Source: Elusimicrobiota bacterium
GTDB lineage: Bacteria; Elusimicrobiota; Elusimicrobia; Elusimicrobiales; UBA9959
Reading direction: 5' to 3'
DNA: 64,000 nt
Assembly: GCA_016234365.1 (NCBI GenBank)
Contig: JACRER010000080.1
Span: 2,619 to 66,618 of the forward strand
This document shows positions 54,586 to 63,022 of this stretch, one piece after another (position 1 is the first letter of the stretch; each line of letters starts with the position of its first letter). Below the pieces are notes generated by a model. That model was not told where the DNA came from. It did not search any database and saw nothing but the letters and a program-made list of their open reading frames with translations. Position numbers and translations under genes: made by a program.

Positions 54586-55280
54586 CGCCACGCATGCGTC
54601 GCGCCTTCCGAGTTTTCCCGGCACAATACCTGCGGCTGCTGCGCCGGCTGGATTCTCCCCGCAAGGTGCAGGCCTTCCTGGATTACGAGCTCGCCTACAA
54701 CGATTCCAAAAAGAACACCTGCTACTCGCCGCTTGAAGCGCTGCGGCGGGGCCGCGCGCACTGCATAGAGGGCGCCATGCTGGCCGCCGCCGCGTTCCAG
54801 TTCCACGGCCGTCGCGCGCTGCTGCTGGACCTGCGCGCCAACCCCAAAGACGACGACCACGTTATAGCCCCGTTCACGCAGAACGGCCGGTGGGGCGCGG
54901 TGGCAATGTCCCACTTCTGCGGGCTGCGCTACCGCGAGCCGGTATACCGCTCGTACGGGGAGTTGGCGCGGAGCTATTTCGATTTTTACTACAACGGGAG
55001 GGGGGAGAAGACGCTGCGCGAGTATTCCATGCCGCTGCCGGTTTCCGCGCTGCCGGAGGAGTGGCTGTATTCCGCCAGAGACGTTTTTTTTGTGGGCCGC
55101 CGGCTGGACGCCGCCAGGCATTTCAACATACTGGCCCCCGGCCAGGAGAGAACGCTTGCCCGAGCGGATTCGCTGCTGGTGGAGGCTGAGCTGGTGGGAA
55201 AAAACAAGGCGCCGCTTGCGAAGCGGCGCCCTAAGCCTTATTCCAGGCTGAAACTGCCCCGCGTCAGCGGGCCGGCTTGA
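54582..55280 (+). CDS. hypothetical protein with possible transglutaminase/papain-like Cys-His-Asp core
   Basis: ORF 54561..55280 trimmed to MTPRMRRAF at 54582 (ATGA overlap with the regulator stop). The segment RGRAHCIEGAMLAAAAFQFHGRRALLLDLRANPKDDDHVIAPF has the spacing of a thiol-peptidase-like core. The assignment is tentative. Confidence 0.55.
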   Translation: MTPRMRRAFRVFPAQYLRLLRRLDSPRKVQAFLDYELAYNDSKKNTCYSPLEALRRGRAHCIEGAMLAAAAFQFHGRRALLLDLRANPKDDDHVIAPFTQNGRWGAVAMSHFCGLRYREPVYRSYGELARSYFDFYYNGRGEKTLREYSMPLPVSALPEEWLYSARDVFFVGRRLDAARHFNILAPGQERTLARADSLLVEAELVGKNKAPLAKRRPKPYSRLKLPRVSGPA

Positions 55281-55827
55281 ACGTCTTCAGTATCTTCTCG
55301 AACACCGCGAGGTTGCGCTGCGCTTCGCCCTTCTGAGTCTTCAGCGTCAGCGAGTAGAACCCTTTCTTGGCCGGCACTATCACGTACCTCTCCAGCATCT
55401 CCACCTTCTCCGGCGCCGGCGCGTAGGGCGGGTAGAGCGCGTACGACTTCTTGTCGAAGGTCTTGGCGTAGCGGCTATTTACCACGGTATCCGTCACCTT
55501 GCCGGCCACTTCCCCGGGCACGCTGTCCTTGGTGTCGCGCAGGGTGGCCAGGTATTTTTCATAGGTCTTGAAGCGCGGGTGGTCGGGCCCGAAGTAGATG
55601 AGCGAGACCGCCGCGGCCGGTTTTTTGCCGGGCGAGTACAGGTCCACGCCGTACTGCTTCTCCTGCCTGCCGGCTACGATCTCCTCCTCCTTCTCCCAGT
55701 CGGCCGGGACCATAGCGGTGAATACGTTGCCATCAGCCGTGTATTTAACCATACCGGGCTGGGCGGCGGTGTCCCCGGCGAAGGCGGCCGGGGCCAGGGT
55801 CATGAGCAGAGCGAGTATTTTTATCAT
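55264..55827 (-). CDS. secreted hypothetical protein
   Basis: ORF trimmed to MIKILALLMTLAPAAFAG at 55827. 187 aa. Its 3' end overlaps the convergent gene 54582..55280 by 17 nt. Confidence 0.6.
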   Translation of the reverse strand: MIKILALLMTLAPAAFAGDTAAQPGMVKYTADGNVFTAMVPADWEKEEEIVAGRQEKQYGVDLYSPGKKPAAAVSLIYFGPDHPRFKTYEKYLATLRDTKDSVPGEVAGKVTDTVVNSRYAKTFDKKSYALYPPYAPAPEKVEMLERYVIVPAKKGFYSLTLKTQKGEAQRNLAVFEKILKTFKPAR

Positions 55828-55855
55828 TTTAAGTTCTCCGGTTAGATCGGGCGCG

Positions 55856-57784
55856 TCACAGACCTTCGCCGTCATATTCCCTGAGTTCCTTGATCTTCTT
55901 GGCTTTGAGGCTCTTGCGCAGGGAACTCTGGTTGATCTCCTCTTCCAACGCGGAGTTCAGCATCGCGGTCTCCGATTTCTGCCGCGCTATGACGGTTTCG
56001 TACCACGGATATGCCTTCTGCGTCATGCTGGTAAGCTGTGCGTCCGAGCAGTTTTGGATGTTGTACCAGGAGCAGAGATTGGTCACCTTCGCCTGGGAGG
56101 CGTAGGCAGGGTCCGTCTTGCGCAGTTCCATTTCTTTGAGACCGGCCTCCATCTGCTTGATGGACTTGGCGCCCACGCCCTGTACGCCTTCCAGGTCGTA
56201 GTAGCGCACAAAGGACTTGATGCCGCGGTACCCGCCGTCCTCTACGGCCTTGAGGGTCTTCAGGTCGAAATCCGAGGCCTCGCGGCGGTAAAGCGCGCCT
56301 TCCGGGCCATTGAACTTGTTCTTCAGGGACAGGGTGGAGAGGCCGAAAGCCATGGCTTCCTTGTCCAGGATCTTTTTGTTGTCCACGCCGTTCGCTATGT
56401 AGAACTGGTCCTGGCGGACTTCGTGCACCGGCCCTTCATGCACCATCACCACGTACAGGTGCCGTCCGAGACGGTCCATCAATTTGGGGTCGCTGGTGAG
56501 CTGGTCGGCGGTGATCTTGTTCTTCTTCATCCACTCCTCGACAAGCATCTTGTTGACCCTGATGCTGCCCGCAGGGAAATCCGTACCGCAGCCGTTGGTG
56601 CCGGCGTGCTGCGGGCAGTAGCCGCCGTTGGTGTTCTTGCTCATTACCTGGATGCCGAAATTCAGGTCGTGCAGCGGCTTGCCGTCCTTGCCCTTGGCCG
56701 TGTAGAACTTAAGGGCTTCGTCCTCCCACTGAGTGCCGGAGAAAGCGGGCTTGCGCGGTTTGCCGTCCAGTTCGCTGACGCCGCCCAACATGCGCGTCTT
56801 TACTTCCGCGGCGACCTTGTCCAGTTTGTCTACCGGAAGCGTGTACTTGGCCGGGTCTTCCTTGGCTCCCGGTTTGGCCGTTTTGGCCTTGGCGAAATTT
56901 TCCGGAGACTGGAATTTGGCCGCGGCCGACTTCTTGTCGAACATGCCGCCGAGGTAGGCCATCATCTCCGCGTCGGACTTGCCTGCCATGGCCTTGGCCC
57001 TGTCGGCCGCGCTGGCGTACTTTGAAGGATCGGTGCCGGAGGCGGCGCCGGAGCCGGCCGCCGCGGGGGCGGGCATTACCTTGGCCAGGTAAGCGCGGAT
57101 GCTGGCGCGGATGTCGGCGGGGAGGTTGCGGTCCATGTACTGTTGCGGCGTCCCGTTAACTATCCAGCATTTGGTTATAACGTCGGGATAGTTGCTTTTG
57201 TTGGAGAGGGCGGTCTCCGCCATTACCGCGGCCGTGCGCTCCGAAACCGTCATCTGCATCCAGCGCGCGGGCGTGACGCCCATGTTGGTGAACATGGGCT
57301 GGCGCGGCGCTCCGGCCACGCTCCAGGCGAGCCCGGCCTTCATGGAGTCCTGGGAGGAGCCGTTGTAATAGGTGCTTATCCACTTGAAGGTCTTGTCCGG
57401 CTGCGGGGCCATATCCATATCGCACAGCACGCAGCCTTCCTGGTCGCCCGAGGCTTCCAGCATGGCCAGGTAGCGTTCCTTGATAAGGCATTCGCCGGGT
57501 TTGTCGCGGAAGAAATCCCCCAGTTCTTTTATTACGCCGTCGTACTTGAGGATATAGTTAAGCGTGTCCTTGTCCTCGTCCTTGAGCTTCTTGAACAGCG
57601 TGGCGTCGGGGTGGATGGCCTGCAGGCACTTATAGGCGTCCTTGGGAGAATAGGCCTTGCTTTCTATATTGGTCTTGCAGAAGTCGATGGTGGCCTGTTC
57701 CTCGGCCGTGAACTCGGCCAGGGCCGGCAGGGCCAGCGACACCGCAAAGATAGGAAGGGTTAAAAGATAGGTCATCTTTTTCAT
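55856..57784 (-). CDS. large secreted protein of unknown function
   Basis: Signal peptide MKKMTYLLTLPIFAVSLALPALA. 642 aa. Several Cys pairs (CKTNIESKAYSPKDAYKC, CLIKERYLAMLEASGDQEGCVLC, CPQHAGTNGCG, CSWYNIQNC). No family recognised. Confidence 0.7.
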   Translation of the reverse strand: MKKMTYLLTLPIFAVSLALPALAEFTAEEQATIDFCKTNIESKAYSPKDAYKCLQAIHPDATLFKKLKDEDKDTLNYILKYDGVIKELGDFFRDKPGECLIKERYLAMLEASGDQEGCVLCDMDMAPQPDKTFKWISTYYNGSSQDSMKAGLAWSVAGAPRQPMFTNMGVTPARWMQMTVSERTAAVMAETALSNKSNYPDVITKCWIVNGTPQQYMDRNLPADIRASIRAYLAKVMPAPAAAGSGAASGTDPSKYASAADRAKAMAGKSDAEMMAYLGGMFDKKSAAAKFQSPENFAKAKTAKPGAKEDPAKYTLPVDKLDKVAAEVKTRMLGGVSELDGKPRKPAFSGTQWEDEALKFYTAKGKDGKPLHDLNFGIQVMSKNTNGGYCPQHAGTNGCGTDFPAGSIRVNKMLVEEWMKKNKITADQLTSDPKLMDRLGRHLYVVMVHEGPVHEVRQDQFYIANGVDNKKILDKEAMAFGLSTLSLKNKFNGPEGALYRREASDFDLKTLKAVEDGGYRGIKSFVRYYDLEGVQGVGAKSIKQMEAGLKEMELRKTDPAYASQAKVTNLCSWYNIQNCSDAQLTSMTQKAYPWYETVIARQKSETAMLNSALEEEINQSSLRKSLKAKKIKELREYDGEGL

Positions 57785-57891
57785 AGTACTAATAGTATAA
57801 GGCCCGCCCGGATATTGTCAAGGGCCGGCCGGCCCGGCCGGGTTGCCAAGCCGCGCGGCATTTGGTAGAAAAGTAGAAGTATGGAGGCCGC

Positions 57892-58446
57892 ATGAAGAAC
57901 CCAGTTTTGGACGTTATCAAGAACCGGCGCAGTATAAGGAAATACCTGCCCGACCAGCTGAAGCCGGCGGAGCTGGAGGCTATACTCGAGGCCGGCGCCT
58001 ACGCGCCCAGTGCCCACAACGAGCAGCCCTGGCATTTCACCGTGATCCGCGACAAGGCGCTGCTGGACCGCATCAGCGAAAAGTCCAAGGAGCTTATGGC
58101 CGCGCAGGACACGGACTGGGTTAAGGAAATGGGCCGCAACCCGGCGTTCCACGTTTTTTACCACGCCCCGGCCGTGGTGATAGTTTCCGCGCGCGCCGCG
58201 GCGATGTCGCCAAAGGTGGACTGCTCCGCCGCCATACAGAACATGCTGCTGGCCGCCGAGAGCCTGGATATAGGTTCCTGTTGGATAGGCCTGGCCCGCT
58301 ACTTCTTCTCGCTGGAAGAGGAACTCCCGCTGCTGGGGCTTCCGGACGGCTACGAACCCTTCTACGCGGTCACGTTCGGCTACAAGGGCCAGCGCCCCTC
58401 CCGCGCCCTGCCGCGCAAGGCGCCGCCGGTCAGTTACATAGGCTGA
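57892..58446 (+). CDS. nitroreductase family protein
   Basis: VLDVIKNRRSIRKYLPDQL...APSAHNEQPWHFTVI is the typical nitroreductase N-terminus. 184 aa. Confidence 0.85.
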   Translation: MKNPVLDVIKNRRSIRKYLPDQLKPAELEAILEAGAYAPSAHNEQPWHFTVIRDKALLDRISEKSKELMAAQDTDWVKEMGRNPAFHVFYHAPAVVIVSARAAAMSPKVDCSAAIQNMLLAAESLDIGSCWIGLARYFFSLEEELPLLGLPDGYEPFYAVTFGYKGQRPSRALPRKAPPVSYIG

Positions 58447-59351
58447 TGATAAGGCTGGGCCTCTGCTGCAAGTTCGCCGCGGCACCGATAAGGTTTCCCG
58501 TCACCACCGCGCTTTACGCCCTTAAGCTGGATCCGGCGCGGCGTCACGCCAGGCTGGCCGAACTCTGCCGCGCCAACGCCGCGGCGCTGGGTGAAGCTAT
58601 TAAATACTGCGCCGCTAACGGTATAGGCAGTTTCCGGGTAAACAGCCAGGTCCTGCCGCTTAAGACGCATCCGCGCGCGGGCTACGACCTGGCGAAACTG
58701 CCGGGGGGCGCCGGGATAATAAAAGAATTTAAAAAGTGCGGCGCGCAGGCGCGCAGGCTGGGCGTGCGGCTGACCTTCCACCCGGACCAGTTCATCCTGC
58801 TGAGTTCCGAAAAACCGGGCGTCACGGAGTCCTCCGTAAAAGAACTGGAATACCAGGCGGAAGTTTCCGCCTGGCTAGGCGCGGACGTTATTAATATCCA
58901 CGGCGGCGGCGCCTACGGCGACAAGGCAGCCGCGCTGGCGCGCGCGGGCCTGGCCCTTAAAAAGCTCGGCCGCGCCGTCCGCTCGCGCCTCGCTTTCGAG
59001 AACGACGACCGCATCTACACGCCGGCGGACCTGCTGCCGTTCTGCCGCGAACACAAAGTGCCTTTCGTCTACGACGTGCACCACCACCGCTGCCTGCCGG
59101 ACGGGCTTGGCGTGGAGGAGGTCACCCGGCAGGCGCTTAAGACCTGGGACCGGGAGCCGCTGTTCCACCTGTCCAGCCCCAGGGACGGCTGGGGGGCCGC
59201 GGACCCGAGGCCGCACCACGATTATATCGACCTGAAGGATTTTCCCGCCTGCTGGCGCCGCCTCGACGTGACCATAGAGGTGGAGGCCAAGGCCAAGGAA
59301 CTCGCTATCGCCCGCCTGCGCGCACAGCTCGAGGGAGGAAGGAATGCCTAA
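58446..59351 (+). CDS. uvdE: UV damage endonuclease
   Basis: ORF 58281..59351 trimmed to MIRLGLCCKF at 58446 (1-nt overlap, TGATG). Motifs seen: GSFRVNSQVLP, LTFHPDQFILLSS, INIHGGGAYGDK, RLAFENDDRIYTPADLL, VPFVYDVHHHRC. Confidence 0.85.
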   Translation: MIRLGLCCKFAAAPIRFPVTTALYALKLDPARRHARLAELCRANAAALGEAIKYCAANGIGSFRVNSQVLPLKTHPRAGYDLAKLPGGAGIIKEFKKCGAQARRLGVRLTFHPDQFILLSSEKPGVTESSVKELEYQAEVSAWLGADVINIHGGGAYGDKAAALARAGLALKKLGRAVRSRLAFENDDRIYTPADLLPFCREHKVPFVYDVHHHRCLPDGLGVEEVTRQALKTWDREPLFHLSSPRDGWGAADPRPHHDYIDLKDFPACWRRLDVTIEVEAKAKELAIARLRAQLEGGRNA

Positions 59352-59943
59352 AAAAATTCTGGCCATCAACGGCAGCTACCGCCGCAGCGGCGCTACGGCG
59401 CTGGCCCTGGCCGAAGTGCTGGAAGGCGCGCGCGAGGCTGGCGCCCTGACGGAAACGGTGGAACTGGCGCAAGAGCGCATAGAGTTCTGCACCAACTGTC
59501 GCGCCTGCACCCAGCAGCCCGGGGAAAAGCGCGGGGCCTGTCCGATAGAGGACGAGATGGGTGCCTTGCTGGACCGCGTGGAGGCCGCCGACGCCCTGGT
59601 CCTGGCCGCGCCTGTGAACTGTTTCAACCTTACGGCCATAACCCGCCGCTTCATGGAGCGCCTGACGGTGTACGCTTACTGGCCCTGGGGCGCCGGCGGG
59701 CCGAAATACCGCAGGGCGAAGCCGTCGAAGAAGGCCGTGCTCATCACTTCCTCGGCCATGCCGGCGCCGCTGGGTCGGTTGTTCACAGGGGCCATGCGCG
59801 CCCTTAAACTCATCGCCAAGGCCGTGGGCGCTGAGCCAGCCGGAAGCATGTTCATAGGGCTGTCTTCCTCGCGCGAACGCCCGGAGCTGACCGGGGCGGA
59901 AAAAAATAAAGCCCGCACCCTGGGCCGCCGCCTGGCCGCCTGA
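59344..59943 (+). CDS. NADPH-dependent FMN reductase / iron-sulfur flavoprotein-like
   Basis: MPKKILAINGSYRRSGAT; Cys cluster FCTNCRACTQ...GACP; ADALVLAAPVNCFNLTA. 8-nt overlap with uvdE. Confidence 0.75.
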   Translation: MPKKILAINGSYRRSGATALALAEVLEGAREAGALTETVELAQERIEFCTNCRACTQQPGEKRGACPIEDEMGALLDRVEAADALVLAAPVNCFNLTAITRRFMERLTVYAYWPWGAGGPKYRRAKPSKKAVLITSSAMPAPLGRLFTGAMRALKLIAKAVGAEPAGSMFIGLSSSRERPELTGAEKNKARTLGRRLAA

Positions 59944-60054
59944 CCCGTTCCAATAGGGCCAAAATACCGCTCCCGCCTGGGCCTTTTGGGCCTATCGGGC
60001 GGGGCGGCTATTTATTAGGATATGATGGTGGGGTTTTGAAGAGAGGATAGTGTT

Positions 60055-60252
60055 ATGATGACCTGCAACTTTGGGAAAGACGGCGAAGACGGTTCCCGCA
60101 AGGGCGAGAAGCTGATAGTGCGCATACCGCCCGGTCACGCCGTGGCTACGGACACTCCCGGCTTAAAGCCGTGCAAGAACGGAGCCTACCTCTGGGTGAT
60201 GGGCCCGCGCCGCCGCCCCGGCAAAGGCTGGCGCGAGGAATCCGTGAACTGA
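60055..60252 (+). CDS. possible small basic protein (65 aa), unknown function
   Basis: A stand-alone ORF in a 380-nt gap, with an AGAGGA Shine-Dalgarno-like element about 10 nt upstream and its own intrinsic terminator 15 nt downstream. No homolog recognised; it could be spurious. Confidence 0.35.
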   Translation: MMTCNFGKDGEDGSRKGEKLIVRIPPGHAVATDTPGLKPCKNGAYLWVMGPRRRPGKGWREESVN

Positions 60253-60267
60253 ACGGAGCCTGCCCCG

Positions 60268-60297
60268 AAAAGCCGCGCTTACCGCGCGGCTTTTTTA
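60268..60297 (+). terminator. intrinsic terminator
   Basis: gaaaaGCCGCGCttaccGCGCGGCttttttat lies after the 65-aa ORF. Confidence 0.8.
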
Positions 60298-60323
60298 TTC
60301 GCCCGATTTGCTACCATAGCCGT

Positions 60324-60959
60324 ATGAAAATACTGACGCTCCTGCTGCTGCTGCCCCTGGCCGCTTCCGCCGAGGACGCGAAACCGGTGATCGATAAGCA
60401 GCAGGCCACGGAGATAGCCAGGCAGATAACGCTCCCGGCCATACAGGTGCTGAAACCTGCCGCGGATAAAGCGGGTAAAGACCTTCACGAAGCCCTGCAG
60501 TTCTCCAACGGCGCCTCTTGGGCGCTTTGGGACCTTATCCGGGACCTTTCCGTAAAGCGCAAATCCGGGGCCAAGCCCGAGCCGGACGCCGCGCTGGCCG
60601 AAACCTACGTGCGCCTGCGGATGCGCTGCAATACCGGCGACCTCTGCCCGCGCCATGGCGCCGGCTGCAAGGCCTATCCGCCGGTTGAAAGCCTGGCGGC
60701 CGCGGCCAGGAACGCCTGTACGGAAATAAAAAAATTCATGGCCAAACTGCCGGTCAACGAAGACCCGGCCCTGCGCCACAACCGCACCAGGATAGAAAAT
60801 TTTCTGGAGACAGCGCGCCTGAGGGCCGCTTTCGCCATGCCTGGGAGCAAAGGTAAGGACCCCCTGCCGCCCGCCGCCACCACGGCAGAATTGAAGTACC
60901 GGGACCTCGCCCTTAAGAAGCGCGACGGCAACCATTTCAGCCAGCCGCCCTGGCCATGA
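60324..60959 (+). CDS. secreted hypothetical protein
   Basis: ORF 60171..60959 trimmed to MKILTLLLLLPLAASA at 60324. 211 aa. Terminator downstream. Confidence 0.6.
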   Translation: MKILTLLLLLPLAASAEDAKPVIDKQQATEIARQITLPAIQVLKPAADKAGKDLHEALQFSNGASWALWDLIRDLSVKRKSGAKPEPDAALAETYVRLRMRCNTGDLCPRHGAGCKAYPPVESLAAAARNACTEIKKFMAKLPVNEDPALRHNRTRIENFLETARLRAAFAMPGSKGKDPLPPAATTAELKYRDLALKKRDGNHFSQPPWP

Positions 60960-60975
60960 GTTACGTGGGGAAAAG

Positions 60976-61008
60976 AAAAGCCGCGCTTTGCGAGCGCGGC
61001 TTTTTTTA
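60976..61008. terminator. bidirectional intrinsic terminator
   Basis: gaaaaGCCGCGCtttgcgaGCGCGGCttttttta. The stem sequence is the same as in the terminator at 60268-60297. Confidence 0.85.
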
Positions 61009-61026
61009 TGCGCGGACCATCTACGC

Positions 61027-61431
61027 TCAGGGCGTAACCGCGAAATCCAGCGAAGCCAGCACGGCGCCGGCCTCGTCCGTTACGTCCACCTTCCAACTGC
61101 CGGGTTTCACGGCTTTTACGCTCCAGACCCGGTAGTAGGTGGAGTTGACCGTAAGCGCGGCCTCGGCCGTCTTTTTGCCTTCGTAATAATAGACGTGGCG
61201 TATGGTGAACGGGGCCTTTTTCGCGCTGATCCTTGTCCAGATATAGATGCGCGCGGTGTCCGCCGGGAAAACTACCGCTTCAGCCACAGGTTCCCGGTCG
61301 GCTATAGCGGTTGCCGCGGCCAGCTTTTCTATTTTTACGGCCGGCGCCTCCGGTCGCGGCGCCGCGGGCGGTTTTGCATAAAGCGCTCCAGCCGCCGCCA
61401 CCGCCGCCGCCGCTATCAGTATCTTTTTCAT
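61027..61431 (-). CDS. small secreted beta-rich protein (possibly DUF2914-like)
   Basis: ORF trimmed to MKKILIAAAAVAAAGALYA at 61431. The C-terminal ARIYIWTRI...IRHVYYYEGKK...YRVWSVKAVKPGSWKVDVTDEAGAVLASLDFAV resembles DUF2914-type domains. The family call is tentative. Confidence 0.6.
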   Translation of the reverse strand: MKKILIAAAAVAAAGALYAKPPAAPRPEAPAVKIEKLAAATAIADREPVAEAVVFPADTARIYIWTRISAKKAPFTIRHVYYYEGKKTAEAALTVNSTYYRVWSVKAVKPGSWKVDVTDEAGAVLASLDFAVTP

Positions 61432-61529
61432 GTAAACACGCCCCTCTAAAACTTCGTTGAAAACCATTCTACTAAAACTGGCGCTGTTAAGGCCAAGAAC
61501 CGGCTCCGTAACACTTAATACGCAGGTGC

Positions 61530-61558
61530 TTGACAAAACCGCTCCTGTCCTATATATT
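61530..61558 (+). promoter_or_regulatory. sigma70-like promoter candidate for the GT51-like gene
   Basis: TTGACA (61530-61535), a 17-nt spacer, then TATATT (61553-61558). It implies a very short leader, or use of the internal Met at 61612. Confidence 0.5.
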
Positions 61559-61578
61559 ATTACTCTGGGTTAGGCATA

Positions 61579-62397
61579 ATGGACTATACACCACTACACA
61601 CGCGGTCGCGCATGCTTTTCAAGCATTACAAGCATCACGACCACTTGCTGGATACCTGCCGCCGACAGAAAAGTCCGGGGCTGAAGGCGTTCCTTTATTT
61701 TGCCGGATTGGTGCCGCTGCTCCTGGGCCTGCTGGTCGCGGCCTACTTCGGCGCCGTGGTGTTAAAGGCCCGGCGTGCAACTCCGGCCATAGTTAAAGAG
61801 GCCATGGGCGCCGGGCGTATACGGGTTTGCGCCGCGGACCTGCCGCGTGAACGCCTTGAGGAACTGATAAAGATAGAGGACCCGGCCTTCCTCTCCCACA
61901 GCGGGGTCGACCTGCGCACGCCGGGCGCCGGACTTACCACCATAACGCAGGCCCTGGTAAAGATCTTCTACTTCAAGCAGTTCAAGCCCGGCCTGTCAAA
62001 ACTAAAACAGACGCTCATCGCGCGTTACGCCGTGCACCCTTTGGTTTCAAAGCAGGACCAGATTACGCTGCTGCTCAACTACGCCTACCTCGGCCGCTGC
62101 CGCGGCGAAGAGATGCGCGGTTTTCCGGCCGCCGCCCAGTGCTACTATGGCCGCAAACTCGACGGCCTGCGCGAGGACGAATACCTTTCGCTCGTAGCCA
62201 TGCTTATCGCCCCGGATACTTTCAACCCTGTCTTTAACCCGCGGGCCAATAAGGACCGCGTGGACCGCATTAAGAAAGTCATCTCCGGTAAATACATCCC
62301 CAAACGCCACATGGACATTTATTATGGTCCGGTAGATCCCCGTACCCAGACGGCCCTGGCTCCCGCCTCGTATTTTTCCTCTATTTACCAGAACTGA
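61579..62397 (+). CDS. monofunctional peptidoglycan glycosyltransferase-like (GT51) protein
   Basis: One TM helix (FLYFAGLVPLLLGLLVAAYFGAVVL). GT51 motif 1 IEDPAFLSHSGVD and motif 2-like GLTTITQALVK. No transpeptidase domain. Confidence 0.65.
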   Translation: MDYTPLHTRSRMLFKHYKHHDHLLDTCRRQKSPGLKAFLYFAGLVPLLLGLLVAAYFGAVVLKARRATPAIVKEAMGAGRIRVCAADLPRERLEELIKIEDPAFLSHSGVDLRTPGAGLTTITQALVKIFYFKQFKPGLSKLKQTLIARYAVHPLVSKQDQITLLLNYAYLGRCRGEEMRGFPAAAQCYYGRKLDGLREDEYLSLVAMLIAPDTFNPVFNPRANKDRVDRIKKVISGKYIPKRHMDIYYGPVDPRTQTALAPASYFSSIYQN

Positions 62398-62431
62398 ACG
62401 AGCGCTGGCCTGAGCAGGCCTGGCGGCGGCC

Positions 62432-62473
62432 AAAAAAGAAGGCGGAGCTTGCGGCTCCGCCTTCTTCTTTTTA
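62432..62473. terminator. bidirectional intrinsic terminator
   Basis: aaaaaaGAAGGCGGAGCttgcgGCTCCGCCTTCttcttttta lies between the convergent GT51-like and receiver genes. Confidence 0.8.
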
Positions 62474-62482
62474 TTCGACCGC

Positions 62483-62929
62483 TCACCGCGGGAACTTGGG
62501 GGGGGGCGGCGGGACCGGGTTCATGGGCCGTTCGGCCGCTGGAGGCGGCGGGGGCGCGGCGGGGGCGGCGGCTTTGGAGGCCGCTAGCTGTTTCTGCACC
62601 TCTGCCATCAGCACGTCGGGATTGGTGGGCTTGCGCAGCGCCGAGACGTTGATCATCTTGGTCAGGTCGCCCAGCGTTTCCGGTTTACCGGTGGAGAAAA
62701 TTATCGGGACCAGGTCCTGCTGCGCGCGCAGCGTTTCGTAGACGAAGAGCCCGCCGCCGCCGGGGATATTGAGGTCCTGCAGGATCACTTCGGCTTTGAA
62801 CTGCTGCTGGGCCGCGATGGCCGCCGGGGCCGTGTCGGCCGTGCGTACCTCGAAACCGGCGTCCTCGAAGAATTCCTTGGAAAAATCCACTATCGCCGGG
62901 ATATCGTCCACCACAAGTATCTTAGGCAT
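62483..62929 (-). CDS. orphan response-regulator receiver protein with Pro-rich C-terminal tail
   Basis: MPKILVVDDIPAIVDF; acceptor region VILQDLNIPGGGG; conserved Lys in ALRKPT; tail AAPPPPPAAERPMNPVPPPPPKFPR. Confidence 0.75.
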   Translation of the reverse strand: MPKILVVDDIPAIVDFSKEFFEDAGFEVRTADTAPAAIAAQQQFKAEVILQDLNIPGGGGLFVYETLRAQQDLVPIIFSTGKPETLGDLTKMINVSALRKPTNPDVLMAEVQKQLAASKAAAPAAPPPPPAAERPMNPVPPPPPKFPR

Positions 62930-62967
62930 AACTCCCTCCGGGAAATACCGCAGTTAAATGATACCAC

Positions 62968-63006
62968 AAAATAAAGAGGGCGGGGCTTTTGGCCCCGCCC
63001 TCTTCT
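62968..63006 (-). terminator. intrinsic terminator of gdhA
   Basis: Minus-strand reading: AGAGGGCGGGGCcaaaaGCCCCGCCCTCTttatttt, directly after the gdhA stop. Confidence 0.85.
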
Positions 63007-63022
63007 TAGGTTCCGGTCGGAC

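Noticed and set aside
56420-56450. An HEGPVHE string in the 642-aa exported protein, as a possible zinc-metalloprotease motif.
   Set aside because: The spacing is HExxxH, not the zincin HExxH. No downstream third ligand motif (such as ExxxD or a Met-turn) was recognisable.
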